DNA from: Fibrobacteria bacterium
GTDB lineage: Bacteria; Fibrobacterota; Fibrobacteria; UBA11236
Assembly (NCBI GenBank): GCA_043745805.1
Contig: JAYTSD010000004.1
Coordinates: forward strand, 192,001 to 256,000
Reading direction: 5' to 3'
Length of the DNA: 64,000 bases
Numbering within the stretch: the first letter of the stretch is position 1; each line of letters begins with the position of its first letter. A program made the translations under genes and the position numbers. Below the pieces are notes generated by a model that had not been told where the DNA came from, ran no database searches, and saw nothing but the letters and a program-made list of their open reading frames with translations. Shown one piece after another: positions 1 through 9,563 of this stretch.

Positions 1-582
1 TAAGCCAATAAGTGCTAAAGAAAGTAAATGTGAGATACGACAACCACCTACAAAAACCATTGCGATAGAAATCGCGAGTATGGTAGCCGCCGTGCTGTAA
101 TTAGGTTGCTTAAGAATTAAGAGAAAAGTGATGGCAGCCACCACCAAAGAGGCTAAAAATCCTTTACGAAAATCCGACATCAATTCTTGTTTTTCAACCA
201 AGTAACGCGCGAGAAAAAATACCATAGAGATTTTTGCCAACTCAGAAGGCTGTAATCCAAAACTGGCAAACCCCACCCAACGCCTAGCTCCATTGACACG
301 GCCAACCAGCGAAGAGGTGATTAAAAATAAAAGCAAAAGTAAGGAGAGAAACATTAATGGACGCGCAGCTTTTTCCCAAAAACGATAATTAACACTCAAA
401 CCCAGTAACATGGCACAACTGCCTAAAATTACTTTTTGAATGTGGTGCATGAGATAAAATGATTCTGGTAAATTACGCGCCACCGCATAAGCCGCCGAGG
501 AACTATAAAGTATTACAATACCCATTCCCACCAGAGCTAAAACTCCAGACAAAAGAATCATGTCTATCTTCAAAGCTTTCAT
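1..582 (-). CDS. ftsW: FtsW/RodA/SpoVE family cell division protein (3' part runs off the window)
   Basis: Manual translation from ATG at 582: MKALKIDMILLSGVL...RVNGARRWVGFASFGLQPSELAK...LKQPNYST, the SEDS family motifs; starts 1 nt after the murF stop. Confidence 0.9.
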   Translation of the reverse strand, partial: MKALKIDMILLSGVLALVGMGIVILYSSSAAYAVARNLPESFYLMHHIQKVILGSCAMLLGLSVNYRFWEKAARPLMFLSLLLLLFLITSSLVGRVNGARRWVGFASFGLQPSELAKISMVFFLARYLVEKQELMSDFRKGFLASLVVAAITFLLILKQPNYSTAATILAISIAMVFVGGCRISHLLSLALIGL

Positions 583-583
583 A

Positions 584-1993
584 CTATTCGTTTATCGATT
601 CTTCGGGTTGTGTGGTGACCATTTTAAGCTTGTCTTTGAGAAATTCATAGACTCTTTCTAGATGCATGCCATGCGAACCCTTTACGAGTAAAGTATCACC
701 GGGTTGTAAATTTTTAATTAATTCAGCGCAAAGCAAATTAAAATCTAAAAAATGATGAGCGCGTTCGCGTTTCATGCCTTTTTCACGAGCGCCCTGATTA
801 ATGAAGCGACTTAGAGTACCAAAAGTAAACAGTTCCGTTACGCCCATTTCTACTAGGTAACGTCCAATTTCCAAATGCATTGCAGGGCCTTCATCGCCTA
901 ATTCTAACATATCGCCCAAAACGGCCAAACAACGACCACGCCCTTGCATACTACCCAAAGTAGACAAGGCTGTTTTCGTAGAAGTAGGGTTAGCATTATA
1001 ACTATCATCAATAACCGTGAGGCCATTAAGTTTTTTAATCTGTAAACGATTAGGGCTGGCAGTAAAAGATCGTAATCCTTTAACCATAGCTTTTTTAGAG
1101 AGGCGCAAATAAGTGCCTACGGCAATTGCCGCCAAAGCATTATATACATTATGCTCACCAGGAACTTGTAACTTAAACTCCGTACGTCCAATGCGAAAAG
1201 AGGCGCAACCTTCAGCATCATAAGTCAATTCATCAGGTCGAATTTGTCCGCGATGTAAACCATATGTCAATAATTTTGTTTTTGCATTACTTCGCGCTTT
1301 GGCTAAATAAGGATCATCTACATTAATTATTAACGTGCCCTTGGTTTTAAAACCACTGGCAATGGATAACTTTTCTTCGGCAATTTTTTCTTGCGATCCC
1401 ATATGTTCCAAATGAGCGGTGCCCACATTGGTGATAACAGCTAAAGTAGGAGAAACTACGTCACTTAATGTTCGAATTTCACCCGGATGACTCATGCCAA
1501 TTTCAATCACAGCAAAATCATGATGAGATTTTAATTCAAATAGCGTTAGAGGTACGCCAACATGATTATTAAAATTTCCTTGCGTCCCTAAAACATTACC
1601 TGCCTGGGAAAGCATTTTAACAATCATATCTTTGGTAGTCGTTTTTCCATTACTCCCAGTAACACCAATTTTTGGAATACGAAACTTCGCAGCATACCTT
1701 TTGGCCAATGCCAACAAGGCCGTATTAGGATCATCTACGGGAATATAAACATTAATGGATTGCCCATTTTCTCGATGCCAATTTTTGCTTACCACAGCAG
1801 CACTCCCTCCTAATTTAAAAACTTCATTTGCAAATACATGTCCGTCGAAATTATCTCCTGACAAAGCCCAAAATATTTGCCCTTTTTTAAGCTTGCGTGA
1901 ATCGGTGCAAAGTTGAATTTGCTTACGCGCCCGCCATGGACCGACCAAATCTGCATCCAATAATTTCGCCAATTCTTCCAAACCAATTTCCAT
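584..1993 (-). CDS. murF: UDP-N-acetylmuramoyl-tripeptide--D-alanyl-D-alanine ligase
   Basis: TDSR, GVTGSNGKTTTK, GNFNNHVGVP, DDSYNANP, LGDMLELG, VKGS motifs; start moved to ATG 1993, just after the murE stop. Confidence 0.95.
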   Translation of the reverse strand: MEIGLEELAKLLDADLVGPWRARKQIQLCTDSRKLKKGQIFWALSGDNFDGHVFANEVFKLGGSAAVVSKNWHRENGQSINVYIPVDDPNTALLALAKRYAAKFRIPKIGVTGSNGKTTTKDMIVKMLSQAGNVLGTQGNFNNHVGVPLTLFELKSHHDFAVIEIGMSHPGEIRTLSDVVSPTLAVITNVGTAHLEHMGSQEKIAEEKLSIASGFKTKGTLIINVDDPYLAKARSNAKTKLLTYGLHRGQIRPDELTYDAEGCASFRIGRTEFKLQVPGEHNVYNALAAIAVGTYLRLSKKAMVKGLRSFTASPNRLQIKKLNGLTVIDDSYNANPTSTKTALSTLGSMQGRGRCLAVLGDMLELGDEGPAMHLEIGRYLVEMGVTELFTFGTLSRFINQGAREKGMKRERAHHFLDFNLLCAELIKNLQPGDTLLVKGSHGMHLERVYEFLKDKLKMVTTQPEESINE

Positions 1994-1994
1994 T

Positions 1995-3467
1995 TCAATT
2001 CTTTCCAACTTGCATGAAATCCAAAACTTCACGCTGATCACTGAAAGGTTTTTTTTCTCGTCCTATAACTTGATATTCTTCATGCCCTTTTCCTGCAATC
2101 ACTAAACAATCACCACGCTGCAAACCTTGCAAGGCCAAGCGTATTGCTGCCCGTCTATCAGATTCCACGGTAACATCGTCTTTATGTATCATGCCGGATA
2201 AAATTTCTTGTAAAATAGACTCGGCATTTTCTGTACGCGGATTATCGCTGGTTAAAAAAACTTTATCGGCACACTTCTCTGCTAAAGCACCCATTTGTGG
2301 ACGTTTAGTTTTATCTCTATCGCCACCACATCCAAATAAACAAAAAATGCGTCCCGGAGTTAAAGGACGTAAGCTCAATAAAACTCTTTCCAGTGCGTCC
2401 GGCGTATGCGCATAATCCACAATAGCATAAGCGCCCATGGGCAAAGCAAATACTTCATTACGTCCATGCACCGTAACATTGGCGATACTACGCGCGAGCT
2501 CCTCCGCAGGAATGTCCAAAGAAAAACCTAAAGCAATGGTTGCCAATAGATTTTCGAGATTTAATTCTCCCACCAGTTTAGAAGTAAAGGAATAGCTTTT
2601 ACCTTGAAAATTTAAGGTTAATTGCGTGCCCGATAATTGCATTTCGGAATGCTCTAAATAAATGTCAGGAGTTAAACCTTGTTGCGCGGATTTTTGTCGA
2701 GAAAATCCAAGACGCGGGTTTTTGATTTCTAAAGCGAGTCGACGACCATAGGAGGAGTCTAAATTAAGAATGGCTATTCCATCGTCAAGCAAATATTCGC
2801 TAAACAATTTTTTCTTGGCTTGATAATAATCTTCAAAACCTTTGTGATAATCAAAATGGTCTTGCGTTAAATTGGTAAAAATAGCTCTTTGAAAATGAAA
2901 GCTTCGCAAGCGATCTTGATCTAAAGCATGCGAGGAAACCTCCATCACTAAAGCATTGCAGCCTTGATCTACACCGCGGCGCAATAAAGGAAAAAAAGCT
3001 TCTGGCGCAGGAGTAGTCCAAGGTGCATTTAATATTTCATTTCCGATTTGATATTGAATCGTTCCTAAAGCCATTACTTTTTTGCCTAGGCCTTCTAAAA
3101 CCGAAGCGCATAAACGCGTAATCGTGGATTTCCCATTAGTTCCCGTCACGGCAATACTCAATAGCCCCTGCCCAGGATTTTCAAACCAACTATTAAAAAG
3201 TGGAGCCACCCAATTTCTTAAACCTTCAATTTTTTTCCATGCTATATTCGGATTAATGTCGATTAATACTTCTTCCGATAAAACCGCAATGGCTCCTTGC
3301 ATAATGGCTTCGTCAGCAAATTCACTTCCGCTTTTTACAGAACCATTAAGTGCCAGAAATAATTCGCCCTTTTTAACCAAACGAGAATCTACCGAAACAC
3401 CCGTAACTTCAAAATCCCATCCCATATCGGATAAGCCAGCCTGTTGAAATAATTTGGCAATATGCAT
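1995..3467 (-). CDS. murE: UDP-N-acetylmuramoylalanyl-D-glutamate--2,6-diaminopimelate ligase
   Basis: VTGTNGKST, MEVSSHAL, DYAHTPD, GCGGDRD, DNPR (mDAP-specific), GKGHE; TAATG overlap with the ftsI stop. Confidence 0.95.
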   Translation of the reverse strand: MHIAKLFQQAGLSDMGWDFEVTGVSVDSRLVKKGELFLALNGSVKSGSEFADEAIMQGAIAVLSEEVLIDINPNIAWKKIEGLRNWVAPLFNSWFENPGQGLLSIAVTGTNGKSTITRLCASVLEGLGKKVMALGTIQYQIGNEILNAPWTTPAPEAFFPLLRRGVDQGCNALVMEVSSHALDQDRLRSFHFQRAIFTNLTQDHFDYHKGFEDYYQAKKKLFSEYLLDDGIAILNLDSSYGRRLALEIKNPRLGFSRQKSAQQGLTPDIYLEHSEMQLSGTQLTLNFQGKSYSFTSKLVGELNLENLLATIALGFSLDIPAEELARSIANVTVHGRNEVFALPMGAYAIVDYAHTPDALERVLLSLRPLTPGRIFCLFGCGGDRDKTKRPQMGALAEKCADKVFLTSDNPRTENAESILQEILSGMIHKDDVTVESDRRAAIRLALQGLQRGDCLVIAGKGHEEYQVIGREKKPFSDQREVLDFMQVGKN

Positions 3468-5377
3468 TAGCCCATCCAACCCAAAGTAAGGATGCATTTA
3501 TGTCCTGGCACAACGGGCGATCCAATGGCAGGCTCTTGTTTTATCACTTTACCGCTACCTTGATATTCTACATCCACATTCAAATACTTGAGTTTAAGCA
3601 AGGCTTCGCGCAGTGTAAGATTATTTAAATCCGGCATACTTTTGGAATTGAAATAGCCCATGCTTAAAACTAAGGTATCACGCAAAAGTATTTTTCTTTC
3701 AGGAGGTAAGTTTTGCGCCAATACCACATCCCCTTTACCTTCAATTCGAAAAGTAAAACCTTTTTGTGATAACCGATTGGCTGCATCCGAGCTGGAGTAA
3801 CCAATTAGATTCGGTACCCGCGCCGAATCACCAGTCTTATCCAATTCATTGGTCGAAGCCGTTTTTGAATTGGCAAATTGCGCCAAAGCATAATTAGGCT
3901 CGGCTAATAAACGATCGACAATTTCGCGAAAAACTGGAGCTGCACTTTGTCCACCATATTTTAATAATGAAGGTTCATCAAATAAAACCAAACACACATA
4001 TTGCGGTTTATCAACCGGAACCATTCCTACAAAAGAGGAATTGAATTTTCCATGCACATAATGATGCGTTATAGGATCAATTTTTTCTGCCGTACCCGTT
4101 TTTCCAGCCATGGAAATGCGGTCCGATTTAATATCCATCGCAGTTCCATACTCCACCACGGATCCCATCATAGAGCGTAATTGAGCAGCAGTTTGTTCGG
4201 AAATTACTCGGCGAACTCGTTTCACCGGAACCTCTGCACGAATGTTACCTCCTTCATCGGCCCATGCTTTTATAATACGCGGCTTCATCAAAGTTCCACC
4301 GTTTGCGACAGCGGCACATGCCATAGCCACTTGCAATGGGGTAACAGCAATTTCATGACCAAAAGCCATAGTACTTTGGGTACGACCACTCCAACTTTGT
4401 ATGCTTTTTAAATAACCACTTTCCTCTGCGGGCAAGCCAATAGCCGTTTTCATTCCGAACCCGAAAGAACGTATATAGCGGTAAAATGTTTCGGGAGAAA
4501 TGCGCGTAACGGCTTTAGCAAAACAAATATTACTAGAATAGGCTAATGCATCCCGGAAACTAATGCGGCCATGTGCATGTGTATCACTAATAAGTTCACC
4601 CATAAGTTTATAAGTACCATTTTCACCATCTATGGTATCTTCAGGACGAATTCTTTTTTCTTCTATTAAAGCAGCCGCGGTAATTATTTTAAATGTGCTA
4701 CCCGGTTCATAAGTCTTGGCTACGGCTTGATTTTTCCATGCGTCTTCATTTACATTCTCGCGTGTATTAGGGTTATAAAAAGGATAATTCGCAAGCGCAA
4801 GAATATCCCCATTAAAAGGATCTACTATTAATGCTAATCCTTGCTTTGCTCCCGAACGAAGCACACCACGCTCTAAAGCTCTTTCTGCAATAGACTGCAT
4901 ATTTGCATCCAACGTTAATACGGCATCATAACCATCTACAGCTTCTTTTTGCTTATCTTGAAAGCCGGGTGAAGGCCGATTACGAGCATCGTAACGCAAA
5001 TATTTCCAACCGTCAGTGCCGCGTAATTCTCTATCTAAAAAATATTCTAAGCCTAATTGACCGTAACCATCGCGACCTACCTGACCTAGCACTTGTCCCG
5101 CTAAAGGACCATTAGGACAAACTCTATGCAAAGCCGTTTCACCTTTTCCATTTTCAGGGGTAACAGGAAACTCTGCATTTACAATTAATTTTTTTAAATT
5201 CCGATCAAGAATTTCTCCGCGCCGAGGAGCCAACACATTACGTCGAATGGATTGACGATAAGCTATGCCTTGATAAAAATCGGATTTCCAAACTTGTACA
5301 TAAAATGTGCGCGCAGTCATTCCTATCCACGTAAGGATGAGGAGAAAACCAAGAGTTATAATCCTTTGGTTGGCCAT
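3467..5377 (-). CDS. ftsI: Class B penicillin-binding protein (FtsI/PBP3) with two C-terminal PASTA domains
   Basis: N-terminal TM, RGEILDRN, EPGSTFK (SxxK), SSN, KTGT; VPNLIG/MPDL PASTA repeats; dcw context. Confidence 0.93.
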   Translation of the reverse strand: MANQRIITLGFLLILTWIGMTARTFYVQVWKSDFYQGIAYRQSIRRNVLAPRRGEILDRNLKKLIVNAEFPVTPENGKGETALHRVCPNGPLAGQVLGQVGRDGYGQLGLEYFLDRELRGTDGWKYLRYDARNRPSPGFQDKQKEAVDGYDAVLTLDANMQSIAERALERGVLRSGAKQGLALIVDPFNGDILALANYPFYNPNTRENVNEDAWKNQAVAKTYEPGSTFKIITAAALIEEKRIRPEDTIDGENGTYKLMGELISDTHAHGRISFRDALAYSSNICFAKAVTRISPETFYRYIRSFGFGMKTAIGLPAEESGYLKSIQSWSGRTQSTMAFGHEIAVTPLQVAMACAAVANGGTLMKPRIIKAWADEGGNIRAEVPVKRVRRVISEQTAAQLRSMMGSVVEYGTAMDIKSDRISMAGKTGTAEKIDPITHHYVHGKFNSSFVGMVPVDKPQYVCLVLFDEPSLLKYGGQSAAPVFREIVDRLLAEPNYALAQFANSKTASTNELDKTGDSARVPNLIGYSSSDAANRLSQKGFTFRIEGKGDVVLAQNLPPERKILLRDTLVLSMGYFNSKSMPDLNNLTLREALLKLKYLNVDVEYQGSGKVIKQEPAIGSPVVPGHKCILTLGWMG

Positions 5378-5781
5378 TCCCTATTTCCAGCATCTTCACC
5401 ACCGGTGAAAACATTTCTAATCCCACTCCACGTAGCTAATTTCTCGACCGGCTTTTGAACTTCCGTATTTTCCGCATACACCCAAACTGGAGCCGCTCCA
5501 TTTTCTAAACCAAAACGCATTTTAGCAATGGCTTCAATTCTATCACCGCGTTTCAATTCATTGATTTGCATTTCAAGACGCGCAATTTCTCCCCGTAAAC
5601 GAGTTTGTATTTTTTCATTTTTGGATATGGATTTCGCTAAACGCATATAGGTGTTTTGCTTCCACACTTGCGCCACAAAAACACTCGCTAAACAAAAGGC
5701 CATAATCATCCAAAGCAAAATTTTGCGTAACCTTACCCCTTTTGTAGGTCCTTTAGCTGTTGCTTTAGAAATACGTTTCAT
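5356..5781 (-). CDS. ftsL: Cell division protein FtsL
   Basis: Basic N-terminus, single TM, coiled coil ending RIEAIAKMRFGL; position between rsmH and ftsI. Confidence 0.8.
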   Translation of the reverse strand: MKRISKATAKGPTKGVRLRKILLWMIMAFCLASVFVAQVWKQNTYMRLAKSISKNEKIQTRLRGEIARLEMQINELKRGDRIEAIAKMRFGLENGAAPVWVYAENTEVQKPVEKLATWSGIRNVFTGGEDAGNREWPTKGL

Positions 5782-5793
5782 AGGCAATCTACT

Positions 5794-6708
5794 TTATACC
5801 TTTTCCACAACACGAAATTTTGCACTACGCGAACGCGGGTTTTCTTTTTGCTCCAAAGCTGAAGGCAACAATGGCTTGGATGTTACCTTACGCAGTTGCC
5901 GATTTTTTCCTCCACATTTACAAACCGGCCATTCTTTGGGACATACGCAATCACGTTCAAATTTGGCAAAGGTTTCTTTCACGCGTCTATCTTCTACTGA
6001 GTGATAGCTCAATACGGCAATACGTCCACCGGATCGCAATAAACTTATGGCTCCTTCCAAGCCTTCTTCCACCTCTTGCATTTCCTGATTCACTTCCATG
6101 CGCAAGGCTTGAAATATTCGTGCCAACATGCTATTGCGGTTTTGGGAATGCAAATGCAAAACATCATTCGCGACACGCGCTAAACTATCGCTATTAATTT
6201 TTCCTTTGGCTTGCATCTCGGCTTTAAGCGCTCGAGCTAAGCGCCGCGAAGATTGAATATCCGAGTTTTTCCAAAATAAAAGAGCCAAATCTTCTTCATC
6301 ATAATCGCGAACAATATCTTCAGCGGTATAGCCTTCTTGACCCATACGCATATCCAAATTGGTTCCAGGTGCAAAAGAAAATCCTCTCGCCTTCTCGTCG
6401 ATTTGATGAGAACTCACACCTAAATCAAATAATACGCCTGTCAAATGCTGCTTAGCACAAGCTTCTTTGACACGGGAAAAAGGACTATGAATAATGGTGA
6501 CTCTCCCATCTTGCAATAATTGCTGCCCTCTAGTCACAGCTTCTTGATCTCTATCTAAAGCAATAAGACGCCCATTAGGAGCCAATCGCTCTAGAATTAA
6601 GCGACTATGCCCACCGCCACCTAAAGTGCAATCCACATAAACACCTTGAGGATCCACTAGTAAATATTCGAGCACCTCTTGAGGCATTACGGGCCGATGA
6701 TATTCCAT
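5794..6708 (-). CDS. rsmH: 16S rRNA m4C1402 methyltransferase
   Basis: HRPVM, DCTLGGGGHS, DLGVSSHQID, LDMRM, FQALR, SYHSVEDR, NPRSRSAK. Confidence 0.97.
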   Translation of the reverse strand: MEYHRPVMPQEVLEYLLVDPQGVYVDCTLGGGGHSRLILERLAPNGRLIALDRDQEAVTRGQQLLQDGRVTIIHSPFSRVKEACAKQHLTGVLFDLGVSSHQIDEKARGFSFAPGTNLDMRMGQEGYTAEDIVRDYDEEDLALLFWKNSDIQSSRRLARALKAEMQAKGKINSDSLARVANDVLHLHSQNRNSMLARIFQALRMEVNQEMQEVEEGLEGAISLLRSGGRIAVLSYHSVEDRRVKETFAKFERDCVCPKEWPVCKCGGKNRQLRKVTSKPLLPSALEQKENPRSRSAKFRVVEKV

Positions 6709-6729
6709 TATTGTTCCTCATCTCTCGGC

Positions 6730-7191
6730 CTAAAACCAATTTTCAAACTGTTGTTCTTGCTCAGTAGAAACATCTTCAATTTGTTCATGAAATTTCGCAG
6801 GAGACCATAAGCGCACTCGTTTTCCATCACCGACAAACGTTACGTCGCCTTGAATTCCTGCATATTGCATTTGCTCACTTGTTAAAGTGATACGATTTTG
6901 CACATCTAAGGTGGAGAGTTTTGCCATGGAAGTGATGCGCGTACGAAACTTGGAAACATCCGCACCACGACCTAAACTTTCGAGATATACGATATAATTA
7001 TTCCATCCATCTAATGGAAACAAAGCCAAGGTATACCCTTCAGCAATTGTTACTACTACTTGTCCATTAGCATTTTCATTTAAAACTTTGCGAAAATCTT
7101 TTGGAAAATTTGTACGGCCCGTTACATCGATTGCAACGGTGGCTTTACCGATAAATGATTCGAGTTTTATTTCCGTTTTAACTTTAGCCAT
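6730..7191 (-). CDS. mraZ: Division/cell wall cluster transcriptional repressor MraZ
   Basis: Two AbrB-like repeats (IDVTGRTNFPK, LDVQNRITL); first gene of the dcw cluster. Confidence 0.85.
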   Translation of the reverse strand: MAKVKTEIKLESFIGKATVAIDVTGRTNFPKDFRKVLNENANGQVVVTIAEGYTLALFPLDGWNNYIVYLESLGRGADVSKFRTRITSMAKLSTLDVQNRITLTSEQMQYAGIQGDVTFVGDGKRVRLWSPAKFHEQIEDVSTEQEQQFENWF

Positions 7192-7230
7192 AATTACACA
7201 TTTCTACCCAAAATCTACCATTTTTACCCG
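7191..7230 (-). promoter_or_regulatory. Putative MraZ operator: four TGGGN-like direct repeats at a 10-nt period
   Basis: Minus strand reads CGGGTaaaaa TGGTAgattt TGGGTagaaa TGTGTaatta, abutting the mraZ ATG. Confidence 0.65.
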
Positions 7231-7442
7231 ACTAGCGGCAATCATTCTTTGTGAATATTTGACTTTATTTCCCATTTGCTAAAGGATTTTGGGATTAGGT
7301 AACCGATAAACTACTGCACAAAAAAGCAGGTATTTTTGATAACCGAAAACAAAATGAATATGTATTTGCTTTAAAATCAATGTATTACAAGATTGATTAG
7401 CTCACCAAATGATGTTGGCGATTATTTAAAATGAAAAACGAA

Positions 7443-9521
7443 TTAATCTAAACGGATACGTTTACGCAAAAGCCAAGAACAGGTCAATAAGCCAAGCAGT
7501 ATGCAAAACCAAGGTAGCGTATTTGTTAAACCAATTTGTCGATCTTGATTTTCCTTCATTTGTGCATTTGGCAGGAAAGGTAACGCCAATGTTTCCCCAT
7601 CCCCATTCACCCACAAAATTTTTCCGGTTCTGGCATCCGCCCATTTTTGAAGTTGCGGGAGATTATAACCAATACTAGTCCATTCCAGTTTTTCACGAGG
7701 GAAAACCTGAATGTTTTGTGACCAAATATTTTTTTTGTCACTTGCTTTATCTCCTTGGTCATGAATTTCCTGCAAGCGTAAAACATATTTACCAGCTTTT
7801 AAATTCACTTGGGAAACCATCGCCGATCCTCGACTAAGATTGGTTATTTCATAGCTCTTGAAGTTCATCGAATCGCCTTCTGCTAAGACTTCAAAAATCA
7901 TTTTGCCATCGCTTGTATTAGACTTTGCTTGTTTAGGCGGTAAATTTATATCTACAGAAAATGGAAGGTCAGCGTAAAAACTGTTCGGTAACTTTATTTG
8001 ATAAGCATTACTTTTCCATAAAGCCACTTGGCTTATAAAATTCAAATACGCCTTTAAGTTTTCTTCTTTCGTATAATCGGGTTGTTCAGTAAAAAGTGAT
8101 TGCCAAAAATCGGGCCATACACAAAACAATACTTGATCCGCATTTGCCCCATTCACTAGGCGACCAGCCAAAACGCCTTGTTCAACATCTTGTTTACTGA
8201 ATTGGTTTTCATGAATTAGTAAAAAAGTATCCCAATTTGAATCAAACCTTGGTGCCTTAACAACTTGGGTAGAAAGTGTTTTCCAAATACTAGCATCAAG
8301 GGGATAGCTTTCTTTATTTACTAGTGGACAAATAGATGCTGCTTGTGAAAATAATGCAAGGGAATTTTCAGCACGGTTCATTTGTTTTTCATCGCTGTAA
8401 ACAACCCACTGTGCGGACCCGCCCAAGGCTAAAAATGCTTTACTATTCGTTTGCCACAACGAAGCGGAAACCCATATTTCATCTGTAACATTAAAGTGAT
8501 GTGTAGATAAGGTTTCCGGAGAAATCACTTCCACCGCAAAATGTTTTTGCGATCGTAACAAATCGAGTACAGCCTTTTCGCTTAAAGATTTAATGGGCGA
8601 TAAGAAAAAAAGTTTAGTGACCTGATTATTCGACTCGAAATTAACCGACAAACTATCATTCCATAAATCAATATTATCTTGGACTTTAACTGGTTTGAAT
8701 ACTGCCGTGAGCGCTTTGGCATTTTTTAAATTACTCCCTCCCACTAATGCAAAGGTTTCTTGCTGCGCGGCAAGCCTCACTGCAAAATGTTGTATGGACT
8801 TGGAAAACAAAACTTTCCCCTCACTACACAAATCTAATTGCCAAGGCCCTAACCCTGTTCCCAAGCGCTTCCATGCTATGTCTAGAAAAAGTTGTTGACT
8901 GGGTTGCATGCGTATTTCCGCTTTTTCTAATTGCGCTTCATGAATAGGCGACGCGATAATAAGAGGAAATATGGGCCATTGCAGCTCTTCCAAATTTCGA
9001 GGTTTAGTTTGTAGGGTAACTTGTCCGTCCGAAAACAAAAACAACCCTTGTACATTTTTTAAATTTAAAGAATCTAATAAGCTGGCTAAAGCCGAGAAAT
9101 CGGTAAGTTCAGCGCCTTTAATTGGATTCATGTGCAAATTATTTTTACTCGAACTGACCATAGCTTTTTCACCGAACTGAATTTCGGAAACTATAAATCC
9201 TTGATCCCGATAAGCTTTTTCCAAAGCCAATCTTGCACTGTCTACCGCTATTTTCTGCCTTAAGGTTTCTCCTCCTGCAAAACTAGCACTTTGATCAACG
9301 GCAATAATTATTCGCGGACTCACAAATTTTGTGGACCTCATTAAATATACGGGACCCCACAATGCCAATACCAAAAGCATTAAAGCAAGGATTTGAGTAA
9401 TAGCGATGAAGCTTGGCCAATGAAGAGCTATAACTTTATCTCTAGTCACATATTGCCAATAGATAAGTGCGAAGCCAGGAAGCAATAAAAATAAAAACCA
9501 AGGCGAGCCAGTAAAAATCAT
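7443..9521 (-). CDS. Membrane protein with vWA-like domain (BatA-like N-terminus)
   Basis: N-terminal TMs (PWFLFLLLP, LLVLALWGP), AVDQSAS MIDAS-like motif, FLFSDG, C-terminal TM followed by WLLRKR. Confidence 0.6.
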   Translation of the reverse strand: MIFTGSPWFLFLLLPGFALIYWQYVTRDKVIALHWPSFIAITQILALMLLVLALWGPVYLMRSTKFVSPRIIIAVDQSASFAGGETLRQKIAVDSARLALEKAYRDQGFIVSEIQFGEKAMVSSSKNNLHMNPIKGAELTDFSALASLLDSLNLKNVQGLFLFSDGQVTLQTKPRNLEELQWPIFPLIIASPIHEAQLEKAEIRMQPSQQLFLDIAWKRLGTGLGPWQLDLCSEGKVLFSKSIQHFAVRLAAQQETFALVGGSNLKNAKALTAVFKPVKVQDNIDLWNDSLSVNFESNNQVTKLFFLSPIKSLSEKAVLDLLRSQKHFAVEVISPETLSTHHFNVTDEIWVSASLWQTNSKAFLALGGSAQWVVYSDEKQMNRAENSLALFSQAASICPLVNKESYPLDASIWKTLSTQVVKAPRFDSNWDTFLLIHENQFSKQDVEQGVLAGRLVNGANADQVLFCVWPDFWQSLFTEQPDYTKEENLKAYLNFISQVALWKSNAYQIKLPNSFYADLPFSVDINLPPKQAKSNTSDGKMIFEVLAEGDSMNFKSYEITNLSRGSAMVSQVNLKAGKYVLRLQEIHDQGDKASDKKNIWSQNIQVFPREKLEWTSIGYNLPQLQKWADARTGKILWVNGDGETLALPFLPNAQMKENQDRQIGLTNTLPWFCILLGLLTCSWLLRKRIRLD

Positions 9522-9563
9522 AACGAAGAAATCATGCCTATGGTTACCCTCTTGTCACTGAAA

